DNA of 59,168 nt from a virus (lineage: Duplodnaviria; Caudoviricetes): positions 1 through 59,168 of the IMG/VR virus record IMGVR_UViG_3300048837_000773, one strand, 5' to 3'. Made by a program: the position numbers and the translations under genes. Under the pieces are notes generated by a model. It had not been told where the DNA came from. It searched no databases and saw nothing but the letters and a program-made list of their open reading frames with translations. Shown piece by piece: positions 28,176 through 36,659 of the stretch (the stretch's first letter is position 1; the number at the start of each line of letters is the position of its first letter).

Positions 28176-28210
28176 AAACCGCCCAAGCTCCTCAAGCTCG
28201 GGCGGTTTGT
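28176..28210 (+). terminator. Intrinsic terminator closing the accessory module
   Basis: aaaccgcccaagc...gctcgggcggttt hairpin. Confidence 0.55.
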
Positions 28211-28394
28211 CTATTCGAAAACAGTTAGCGCATGTGGATCAGGGTTATTAGCCAGTCGAGGGTGCGCTTGTCCATACGGTCAAACCAAGAATAACAGCAG
28301 TACATTGGATCCTCCATTTGTTTTTCTTGGTATAAAGAAACGCTTTCATCTGAAAAAGTTAATCAGTGAATCCAAAAATCTTTTCGCATATATG

Positions 28395-28414
28395 CCGATA
28401 AGGGGGATTATCTG
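28395..28414. repeat. dif/Xer-like site 8
   Basis: ccgataa-ggggga-ttatctg(ttct), intergenic. Confidence 0.75.
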
Positions 28415-28435
28415 TTCTGATGTAGGATAGAACAC

Positions 28436-28464
28436 TTGTCTTGCGAGTCGGTACGTGCTACACT
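28436..28464 (+). promoter_or_regulatory. Possible promoter for the lysis/packaging operon
   Basis: TTGTCT-17 bp-TACACT with TGn extended -10. Confidence 0.4.
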
Positions 28465-28601
28465 ATAGGTGGTAATTTCCTATTACCTAAAAATCAATAG
28501 TAGGTTTACCTAAATTTGGATTTAGGCGGCGGTGGGGGATTACCTGCGGGCTGGGCGGGCCAGACCGCAAGAGCTTGCTTACTTGTTGGAGGAATTACCA
28601 T

Positions 28602-28958
28602 ATGGAAGAGCTGGTGATGCTGTTTGTTTCGCTGGTTGGCGTGGGGTCGCTGATCAGCATCGTGGTCAACATCCTTAAAACCAAGGGTTGGGTAAAAGAT
28701 GGGTCGGCGCCGTCCTGGGTGCTGGGGCTCAACCTGGTGGGGATGGTGACGCTGTTCATCCTTCAGACCTTTTTCCCGCAGGTGGACATCGGCAGCCTGG
28801 ACCAGGTGGCCGGTACCGTGGCGCAGATCCTGGCGCTGGTGTTCGGGCTGGTGCTTCAGTTGGGTTCTTCCAAACTGACCCACGCGGCCGTGAAAGGAAT
28901 GCCGCTAATTGGCAAGAGCTATACAGACGAGTTCCAGCGCGGCTATTCGTTGAAGTAG
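28602..28958 (+). CDS. Holin-like membrane protein (3 TM)
   Basis: ggagg RBS; three TM helices, small size. Confidence 0.6.
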   Translation: MEELVMLFVSLVGVGSLISIVVNILKTKGWVKDGSAPSWVLGLNLVGMVTLFILQTFFPQVDIGSLDQVAGTVAQILALVFGLVLQLGSSKLTHAAVKGMPLIGKSYTDEFQRGYSLK

Positions 28959-29028
28959 GCATTGCGCGCCGGCTGCACTGCGGGCTGGCAGCGCAGCCGG
29001 CGCTACTCCAGGGCTGGGGGTTAGCGGT

Positions 29029-29442
29029 ATGGATATTTGGGATGCGCTGGCTAAGTTGGGCGGGTTTACCGGTATCGCGGCGCTGGTGGTGGTCATCATC
29101 GATTGGTCATCGAAGCGCCAAAAGGCAAAAACCGACACGATGGGCGCCGTAGTGGACGGGGCGGGCGACCTGGTAGAACACTATCGCAAATTGGTGGGGG
29201 AGATGAACGATCAGTTGGGGGAGCTGCGCAAAATCCAGGAGCGGCATACGCAACAGATTAACAAGCTCAACCGGACTGTGACCCGGTTTGGCCAGCGCAT
29301 TGCGTATCTGACCGGCGGCATCCACCAGTTGATCCACCAGATTCAGACGATGGATGCCGAGCCGGTATGGAAACCGGATGAATGGTCTCCAGACGATGGG
29401 GAAGACGCCGGCCGCGAAACCCCCATGCCCCCGGGTGATTAA
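29029..29442 (+). CDS. TM + coiled-coil protein (holin/antiholin-like)
   Basis: N-terminal TM followed by a coiled coil. Confidence 0.55.
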   Translation: MDIWDALAKLGGFTGIAALVVVIIDWSSKRQKAKTDTMGAVVDGAGDLVEHYRKLVGEMNDQLGELRKIQERHTQQINKLNRTVTRFGQRIAYLTGGIHQLIHQIQTMDAEPVWKPDEWSPDDGEDAGRETPMPPGD

Positions 29443-29498
29443 AGAGCGGCTTCGCCGTTTCTTTAAAAGATAAAATTCCGAATCTTCCGATTTTCGGG

Positions 29499-30110
29499 GT
29501 GATCATGGCGCAGCAGGATGATGAAAACACCGCGTTCCCGGCTTCGGCCGCGACGCCCGGCCAGGCAGACAGCCGGCGGGCGCGCCATGCGTTTTTACAG
29601 AATGCGAAGGACTGCCCGTGGCTGCAGGATTATCTGCAGCTGCGGCTGGAGGGTTGGGACTGGCGCAAGGCGGCCTACATTGCCTGGAAAGCCTCGCCGC
29701 TGGATGGGCGCGCGCCGAAGACACAGCAGGAGCTGGCTACGGATGTGCTTGGACTGCGGTCGGACCGGGCGATTCGGAATTGGATCGAGAAGGATCCGGC
29801 AATCGAAGAACGGGTGGCGCGGCTGCAGATCGAGCCGTTATTCCAGCACCGGCGGGATGTGATCAATACCTTGATCGAGTCGGCGAAAGCAGCCGGGCGC
29901 GAGGGAGCGGCTGACCGGAAACTATATTTCACCCTGACGGGAGACCTGAAAACCGGGAAGGGCGAGGGCGAAACCACTCCAGGCCGGCAAGCGCCTGGTT
30001 CTTCTCCGTTCGAGGGAGTGAGCGACGATGAGCTGGAGCGGATTATCCGAAACCTCCAGGCTGCTGTTGGCGACGCAGGCGCAGAGCCAGAATCCGAAGA
30101 ATCGGACTGA
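29499..30110 (+). CDS. Terminase small subunit
   Basis: KTQQELA..LGL..RAIRNW HTH; immediately upstream of the large subunit. Confidence 0.7.
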   Translation: MIMAQQDDENTAFPASAATPGQADSRRARHAFLQNAKDCPWLQDYLQLRLEGWDWRKAAYIAWKASPLDGRAPKTQQELATDVLGLRSDRAIRNWIEKDPAIEERVARLQIEPLFQHRRDVINTLIESAKAAGREGAADRKLYFTLTGDLKTGKGEGETTPGRQAPGSSPFEGVSDDELERIIRNLQAAVGDAGAEPESEESD

Positions 30111-31815
30111 GCTGGAGCGCCTGGCGATTGCGCTGGCGGAGCGCGCGCGGCGAGGGGGCTGGGCGCGATCTACCTCCGCGGCGCCATCCAGTGCGTCCCA
30201 CCAGGACCTGTTGACCTGGTCGATTGTCAACCGGGCGAACCTCAAACCGGGTCTTCCGTTCAACCTGTTGGAGCACCCGTACTTGAAGGGGATTTACCAG
30301 GAGACTGCCAAGGTTGTGGTGCTCTATAAGGCCAGCCAGATGGGGGCCAGCGAGTACGCAGTTTCGTATGCTTTGCACGCGGCCGACGCGCGCATGGCGA
30401 CGGTTCTGTACATTTTCCCAACCGATACCCACGTGAGCGATTTCTCCAGCGCCCGCATTGGACCGGCCATCGAAGCCAGCCCCTACCTGAATTCGATCGT
30501 GGTCGAAGGTGGCGGGAAAGACGGTAAGCGAGGGGCGGACCGCGTGACGCTGAAACGGGTGCGCGATCGCTTTATTTATCTGCGCGGCGGCCAGGTGAAA
30601 ACCAACGGCCAGGCGCCACAGCTCAAATCTATCGATGCGGACCTGATTGTGCTGGACGAGGTGGATGAGATGGACCCGCGGGCGCCATCCATCGCGGAGA
30701 AGCGCCTGGGACATTCCACGATCGCTGAGCAGCGGTGGATCTCTACGCCAACCTACCCGGGGGTTGGGATCCACGCCAAATGGTTGGAGAGCGACCAGCG
30801 TGAGTGGTTTGTGCGCTGCGAGGCGTGTGGAGAACGGCAGCCGATGACGATCCACCAGGTGGTGGACGCGTGGGACGAATTGGGCAGGCCTACGGCCTGG
30901 CACGATTACGTGGCGTGCCAGAAGTGCAGGCGGCCGCTGAACCGCCTGGCGCCGGGCGAATGGGTCGCGGCGTTTCCAGATCGGGAGATTGCCGGGTTCC
31001 ATTTGACAAAGCTGTTTGGACCAACCACCAGCCTGAAACACCTGGTACAGGGGTTGGTCACCACGGATGAAACCAAGCGGCGCGAGGCGTTTAATCAGGA
31101 CCTGGGGGAAACGTACACGCCGCGGGGCGGACAGATCACGGATGGAACGCTGGACGACTGCCGGCGCGATTATGGGCGCGGGCCCGTGGCGGGCGAGCGA
31201 ACAGTGATGGGCGTAGACGTGAACAAGACGCTCAACGTGGTGATTCGGGGTCCGCGGAACGCGGAAACGGGGGAGCGGCCGCTGCGCTTCGCCGGCGAGC
31301 TGGAGAGTTTCGAGGCGGTGGGGTACCTGATCAAACAATACCGGGTTGAGCGGTGCGTCATCGATGCGCTGCCGGAAACGCGGAAGGCGCGCGAGCTGCA
31401 GGCAGATTTTGCACCCAGCGTACGCAAAAACGGGATGGAGACCCTGCTCTTCGAGCGCGGGGTGGTATGGCTGGCCTATTACGTGGTCCAGAAGACCGGG
31501 TCTAAAAACGCGGAAATGGCGGTGTGGGATAAAGAGAAAGGGGTTGTGAACATCGACCGGACGCGAGCGCTGGATAACACCTTCGCGCTGTTCTATGACC
31601 AGCAGAACACGCTGCCCGGGGATGCACGTGATCTCCCAGACTACTACGCTCATTTGAAAGCCCCGGTACGCACGGTTGAAAAAGACGCGACCGGACAGCC
31701 GGTGGCGCGGTACGTAGAGAGCAACCCGGATCACTACGCACACGCGGAAAATTACTGCAATATCGCGACGATGGAAATGGCGGTAAAACGAGCTGGAACG
31801 TGGGGAAGGAGATAA
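30028..31815 (+). CDS. Terminase large subunit (lambda GpA-like ATPase)
   Basis: KASQMGAS, VLDEVD, ISTPT, CEAC/CQKC, MGVD, DHYAHA. Confidence 0.85.
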   Translation: MSWSGLSETSRLLLATQAQSQNPKNRTELERLAIALAERARRGGWARSTSAAPSSASHQDLLTWSIVNRANLKPGLPFNLLEHPYLKGIYQETAKVVVLYKASQMGASEYAVSYALHAADARMATVLYIFPTDTHVSDFSSARIGPAIEASPYLNSIVVEGGGKDGKRGADRVTLKRVRDRFIYLRGGQVKTNGQAPQLKSIDADLIVLDEVDEMDPRAPSIAEKRLGHSTIAEQRWISTPTYPGVGIHAKWLESDQREWFVRCEACGERQPMTIHQVVDAWDELGRPTAWHDYVACQKCRRPLNRLAPGEWVAAFPDREIAGFHLTKLFGPTTSLKHLVQGLVTTDETKRREAFNQDLGETYTPRGGQITDGTLDDCRRDYGRGPVAGERTVMGVDVNKTLNVVIRGPRNAETGERPLRFAGELESFEAVGYLIKQYRVERCVIDALPETRKARELQADFAPSVRKNGMETLLFERGVVWLAYYVVQKTGSKNAEMAVWDKEKGVVNIDRTRALDNTFALFYDQQNTLPGDARDLPDYYAHLKAPVRTVEKDATGQPVARYVESNPDHYAHAENYCNIATMEMAVKRAGTWGRR

Positions 31816-31959
31816 CAGGCGATGATTGACACTTTAGCAGAAGATGGTCATTACCTCGCCGATCAACCATTACGACAATGGCGAGTTCGCGTTCGAGGTG
31901 GGAACCAGGAAGCGGCGCTGGCGGGTTATCGCAAAGATGGTAGAGGTTTAAAAACAGTA

Positions 31960-31979
31960 CTGATAATCGAGCTTATCGG
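31960..31979. repeat. dif/Xer-like site 9
   Basis: ctgataa-tcgagc-ttatcgg, between terminase and portal. Confidence 0.8.
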
Positions 31980-32008
31980 CATGGATAGCGGTAAGGGTAG
32001 GAGGCAGT

Positions 32009-33418
32009 ATGGCGAAAAAAGCGGTGGAAAATGCGCTGAACGATAACCAGATTATGACGCTCAGCTCTGTGCTGGGGCGGTCGATGCTGGCGCGCAGCAT
32101 GGCGGGCGGAATGCAGTTCCAGGGGAAACGGGATATGTATGAGGTCCTGGGGTATCCAAAAAATATCCAGTGGGATGCGTACCTGGAGAAATATCGCCGG
32201 CAGGATATTGCCGGCAAAGTGGTGGACTTGCCGCCGCAGGATACCTGGCGAAAGCCGCCGAAGATCCTGGACGGGGATGAGGATTCGACTATGGACGAAG
32301 TGCGGAGCCCTTTCTTGCAGGGGATCCGCTTCCTGGTCCAGAAGCGGCGCATGTGGCACTACCTGCACCGGCTTGACCGGCTATCGGGTGTTGGTCGGTA
32401 TGGGGTGATGTTGATCGGGGCAGCCGAGGGTAAGCCGCTGCTGGAACCGTTGGAGGCCAATTCTCTGCGGAAGCCGCAGGACGTAATTTACCTGTCGGTT
32501 TTTAGCGAGGGAAGCGCGACCGTACAGGAGCTGGTGCGAGATACAGCAAATGAGCGGTACGGGCTGCCAGATCGGTACGTGCTGCAGCTGGGGCAGGGGC
32601 TGGGATCTACGGTGGCGCACTGGTCCAGAACGCTGCACGTGGCAGAAGACTTGCTGGAAGATGATATCTACGGCATGCCGCGGCTGGAACGGGTCTACAA
32701 CCGGTTGGATGACCTGTTGAAGCTGGTCGGCGGCGGCGCGGAAGCCACCTGGAAGAACATGGACCGGGGCCTGGTGGCCAACGCCAAAGAGGGCTACGAT
32801 ATTCCGGCAGACGAAGCCGAGCGCCTAGAAGATGAAATCACCGAGTATATCCATGGCCTGCGGAGGTTTATCCGCACCCAAGGGATGGACATCACCGCAT
32901 TGGGGAGTGAGGTGATCGATCCGAAGGGGGCGTTTGAGACGATTATCGCGCTGATTTCCGCGGCAACGGACATCCCGCAGCGGATTTTGCTGGGCAGCGA
33001 GCGGGGCGAACTGGCCAGCAGCCAGGACCAGGCAACCTGGGCTGGGGTGATTGCCAGCCGGCAGACACAGCACGCAGAGCCGGTGATCCTGCGGCCATTC
33101 ATCGACCGGCTGATCTGGGCAGGCGCGCTGCCGGCGCCAACCAACGGCGAATATAGTGTGGAATGGGAAACGCTGTTCGAGCTGACCGAGCTGGAGAAAT
33201 CCCAGGTGGCGGAACGGTACGCCAATGCTGTGTCGAAGATCGCTCCACCCGGAGCGCCGGAGCTGGTGGTGCTGCCGAGCGAGTTCCGCGAGCGGTATAT
33301 GGCGTTGCCGCCCATGGAAATGGATGAGCGCCAGGCGCTGGACGAAGAAGACGATACCGAGGAAGACGAAACGGCGGAAGGCGAAGAACCGGACGGGACA
33401 GAAGGCGCTTTAGACTAA
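32009..33418 (+). CDS. Portal protein (DUF1073-like)
   Basis: IAGKVVDLPPQDTW, IPQRILLGSERGELAS; position after terminase. Confidence 0.8.
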   Translation: MAKKAVENALNDNQIMTLSSVLGRSMLARSMAGGMQFQGKRDMYEVLGYPKNIQWDAYLEKYRRQDIAGKVVDLPPQDTWRKPPKILDGDEDSTMDEVRSPFLQGIRFLVQKRRMWHYLHRLDRLSGVGRYGVMLIGAAEGKPLLEPLEANSLRKPQDVIYLSVFSEGSATVQELVRDTANERYGLPDRYVLQLGQGLGSTVAHWSRTLHVAEDLLEDDIYGMPRLERVYNRLDDLLKLVGGGAEATWKNMDRGLVANAKEGYDIPADEAERLEDEITEYIHGLRRFIRTQGMDITALGSEVIDPKGAFETIIALISAATDIPQRILLGSERGELASSQDQATWAGVIASRQTQHAEPVILRPFIDRLIWAGALPAPTNGEYSVEWETLFELTELEKSQVAERYANAVSKIAPPGAPELVVLPSEFRERYMALPPMEMDERQALDEEDDTEEDETAEGEEPDGTEGALD

Positions 33419-33434
33419 AACAAAAGGGGGAAGC

Positions 33435-33704
33435 GTGGTATCACAGGCTGTTCGTACCGTAAAAATAGAGAGCATCCCATACACCTGCCCGAACTGCGGC
33501 GCGCAGGTAGGAGAATTTGTACCGGTCAATGGCGCGGTGCTGCTGGATGCCGGCGGGTGGCTGATCGCGGACGGCTCACGGCACTGCCATCGCTGCGGTA
33601 GGCTGATCCACATGAAAGCGCCGCGGGATAGCTGGCCGGTGCTGGTAGAGCGCTACCTGGCGCGCCTGGCAGCCGCGGCGGCGATGGGAGGCGCCAGTGG
33701 GTAA
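33435..33704 (+). CDS. Small zinc-ribbon protein
   Basis: CPNC...CHRC. Confidence 0.55.
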   Translation: MVSQAVRTVKIESIPYTCPNCGAQVGEFVPVNGAVLLDAGGWLIADGSRHCHRCGRLIHMKAPRDSWPVLVERYLARLAAAAAMGGASG

Positions 33705-34671
33705 ACCGAAATCAGAGAACGCACGGCGAGATCCCACCCGGACTGCAATGCTGCGCCGAGAGTACGTGACGGCATGCCGGAAGCGTTTCACACGCGCACT
33801 GTCGCTGATCCGGGAGACCGTGGTGAAGAACGATGCGCTGTACCTGCAGGAGCGCTCTGGCCTGGCAGCTTTTGCCCGGGCTGCCCGGCGTTATGATTTT
33901 CCCTCTGACCCGGCGGGGAAAGCGGGCGCTTTTATGGATTGGCTGCGCGAGATGGTGGATGAGGAAATCCTCGCCATCGAGCAGCGCGATGGCCAGCGGA
34001 TCAGCCTGCGTGAGGAGTGGCAAAACCTGTACGTGCGGACGGCTTATGTGAAGGGTGTGGCGCAGGCAGACCGTTTGCTTGGCTGGGCGGGAATCAGCCG
34101 GCCGGAACAGGAGATTTGGCAGATCTTCCAGCAGCCGATCCACGCGAACACGCTGGCCATGTTGTACACGCGAAACTTCGAGGAGCTGCGCGGGATCACC
34201 GACGCGATGAGTCAGGGGATCAGCCGGAGCCTGACGGAGGGACTGGCGCGCGGCTGGGGAAGCGCGAAGATTGCGCGCGCACTGGCGGACCAGGTGGATG
34301 GGATCGGGATCCGGCGGGCCACGCTGCTGGCCAGGACTGAGGTGATCCGGGCGTACGCGGAAGGAACGTTGAACCGGTTCGAGGAAACGGGGATTACCGA
34401 AGTGATTGGGGACGTGGAGTTTTCGACGGCCGGCGATGCGCGGGTATGCCCAATCTGCAAGGCGCTGCAGGGTCGAACCTACACCATCCAGGAGGCGCAT
34501 GGGATTATTCCGGTGCATCCACAGTGCCGGTGCGCCTGGCTGCCGGTGATTTTGGCCACGAACAGCCGGGGAATCATCATCCAGAGCTTTTATAGGTTTT
34601 TCGGGATAACGTGTGGCAATGATAGAGCAAAATCAAAGCGACTTAACCACCTTAACGCAAAGGCTTCTTGA
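33697..34671 (+). CDS. Minor head morphogenesis protein (SPP1 gp7/Mu gpF family)
   Basis: DPTRT, RATLLARTE, DARVCPIC, PVHPQCRC. Confidence 0.85.
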   Translation: MGKPKSENARRDPTRTAMLRREYVTACRKRFTRALSLIRETVVKNDALYLQERSGLAAFARAARRYDFPSDPAGKAGAFMDWLREMVDEEILAIEQRDGQRISLREEWQNLYVRTAYVKGVAQADRLLGWAGISRPEQEIWQIFQQPIHANTLAMLYTRNFEELRGITDAMSQGISRSLTEGLARGWGSAKIARALADQVDGIGIRRATLLARTEVIRAYAEGTLNRFEETGITEVIGDVEFSTAGDARVCPICKALQGRTYTIQEAHGIIPVHPQCRCAWLPVILATNSRGIIIQSFYRFFGITCGNDRAKSKRLNHLNAKAS

Positions 34672-36181
34672 GATTTTTGACTGCGAGATCTGCGGCGCAG
34701 GCGAAAAAATCATGGCTGCCGTGATGATGCACGATCGGGAGCGGTTGAGAGCCTGCTACGAATTGTTAAGCAGAGATATTGGTTGTGATCTTTTACAACG
34801 GATTTACCAGTATCACCTGGCGGACCGCGAGAAAAACAAACAGGATTTCACCCCGCTATCGATCGGGCGTTTGCTTGATCGTGTTACCCCTGATGAGGGT
34901 GTGATCTATGATCTGTGCGCTGGCAGCGGGAGCCTGACCATCCAGAAATGGAGCGGAAATCAAGACGCGACATTTATTTGTGAGGAGATAGATCATCGGG
35001 TTATCCCGTTTTTGCTTCTCAACCTGGTTGTTCGTAACATCGATGGATGGGTTATTCATCGAAACGCGTTGACGCTGGAGACCAATGCGGTTTATCAACT
35101 GAAAGCATCGGAAACATTCTCATTGGTTCAGGCAGTGGGAGAACCCCCAATCCTTAAGGCTAATGCCATTATCTCTAATCCGCCCTACAACATTCCCTGG
35201 CAGCCACCTGATCCATTGTTTGCCGATGAGCGCTTTGGGCTTGGTATCCCCCCGAAAAGCAATGCCAACCTGGCGTTTGTATTGACAGCGCTTTCCAGAC
35301 TAGAGCGCGGCGGGAAATGCGCTTTTGTGCTACCTGTAGGCGTGCTCACATCCTCGAATGAGCGCCCTATCCGGAAAACTCTGATTGATGCGGGATTGCT
35401 CGAAACGGTAATCGCCCTGCCTGATAGCATGTTCGAATCAACGGACATTCCTGTTTGCGTGATTATTTTTGGCGATGGTCATGCCGCGCAAGGCCATATC
35501 AATGTTTTGGACTGCCGGAAATTTTTCGATGTGGAGATGCGCTTTCAAAATGGTCAGTATGGCGGGAAATCGCATGAGGGGCGTACCTATCACAAAGAAA
35601 TCAAAACGTTTTCCGATCAGCGAATCTCAGAGATCCTGGCATCGTTTGGAAAACCTGTCCCAGGGCTTGCAGCGCGTCCATCCTTGGATGATATCGCAAA
35701 GCAGGATTACATACTGACACCCAGTCGCTATATTTCACAGACGGAGGAAGTGAAGAAAGGTCATCGCCCCTACGAGGAGATTATTGACGACATCAACCGG
35801 ATTTGCCGTGAGCGCAATGTCGTCAGGATTACCGTGAACGAAACTTTAGCACGAGAATTGGGGTTGGCTGAGATCTGTGAAGCTGTAAAGAGCAGCCAAG
35901 AGAACGCAAAGGGTTTAGAGAAAACATTTGCTCTTTTTGGAAAGAAGGTGATTCAGTCCGATTATATTGGACTGTCGAAAAATAAAAACGAATTGCGCAT
36001 TGAAAACCGGGATAAGGAATATTTTTCGAGCCTTCTAGCAATTTTTCTTCCGATGTGGCGGCAGCACATTTTTTATCTGAACATGGAAGAAAACCGACTA
36101 TTAGCGGAATTGCGAGATGCTCTGATCCCGGATTTGATGAGCGGAAAGATCGTGATTCCACACGAGGAAGTTAATGTGTGA
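34613..36181 (+). CDS. Orphan N6-adenine DNA methyltransferase (HsdM-like)
   Basis: QDFTP, YDLCAGSGSL (SAM motif), ISNPPYN catalytic motif. Confidence 0.85.
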   Translation: MAMIEQNQSDLTTLTQRLLEIFDCEICGAGEKIMAAVMMHDRERLRACYELLSRDIGCDLLQRIYQYHLADREKNKQDFTPLSIGRLLDRVTPDEGVIYDLCAGSGSLTIQKWSGNQDATFICEEIDHRVIPFLLLNLVVRNIDGWVIHRNALTLETNAVYQLKASETFSLVQAVGEPPILKANAIISNPPYNIPWQPPDPLFADERFGLGIPPKSNANLAFVLTALSRLERGGKCAFVLPVGVLTSSNERPIRKTLIDAGLLETVIALPDSMFESTDIPVCVIIFGDGHAAQGHINVLDCRKFFDVEMRFQNGQYGGKSHEGRTYHKEIKTFSDQRISEILASFGKPVPGLAARPSLDDIAKQDYILTPSRYISQTEEVKKGHRPYEEIIDDINRICRERNVVRITVNETLARELGLAEICEAVKSSQENAKGLEKTFALFGKKVIQSDYIGLSKNKNELRIENRDKEYFSSLLAIFLPMWRQHIFYLNMEENRLLAELRDALIPDLMSGKIVIPHEEVNV

Positions 36182-36465
36182 AACCAACGTATGAGTATAA
36201 GGGATGGGAGGGAAGCGTGAAGCATATACCGCATAACAATCACCACAAGCCAGGAACGTGGAAGGGGCTGATGGTGCCAATCGATGAAATAGGGAAACGC
36301 TATCGAAAGAGCGCAAGTATGACGTGCCCGGAGTGTGGTCAGATCAGCTCACTATCGGGGCACGATATTGCCGACGATGGGATAGTTTCTCCGAGCGTGG
36401 TTTGCCCATACGAGTTGTGCCATTTCCATGAATTCATCAAACTGGAGGGGTGGGACCCTGTCTGA
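36178..36465 (+). CDS. Small Cys/His hypothetical protein
   Basis: CPECG..H..SPSVVC..CHFH. Confidence 0.55.
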   Translation: MKPTYEYKGWEGSVKHIPHNNHHKPGTWKGLMVPIDEIGKRYRKSASMTCPECGQISSLSGHDIADDGIVSPSVVCPYELCHFHEFIKLEGWDPV

Positions 36466-36481
36466 TAAGTGTTCTTATCGG
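36462..36481. repeat. dif/Xer-like site 10
   Basis: ctgataa-gtgttc-ttatcgg(agct); overlaps a stop codon. Confidence 0.8.
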
Positions 36482-36505
36482 AGCTAAAATCCGTGGTTTC
36501 GGTGG

Positions 36506-36642
36506 TTGAAATTCTGAACAGGCGTGCTATAATCTTTGTGTGACAACAACCCTTCGGGGGTTATAGCGCGGCTTCGGCCGTCATAGGTTTTACCGGAAGT
36601 ACCGCCCGGAGACTCGCAAGAGTCTTCGGGCGGTTTTCGTTT
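36506..36642 (+). promoter_or_regulatory. Promoter plus structured leader with terminator-like hairpin before the head genes
   Basis: TTGAAA-16-TATAAT with TGn; cUUCGg hairpins and accgcccggagactc-GCAA-gagtcttcgggcggt-ttt. Confidence 0.6.
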
Positions 36643-36659
36643 AACTCCAATCAGGTGCA

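Noticed and set aside
28131-28430. ORFs 28131-28430 and 31822-32046
   Set aside because: They span terminators or dif-like sites in AT-rich intergenic DNA and lack convincing protein features
32009-33418. Portal as an anti-CBASS Acb1 protein
   Set aside because: No HxT motif pair in this ORF; the 2H domain is in the 36660-38471 protein instead
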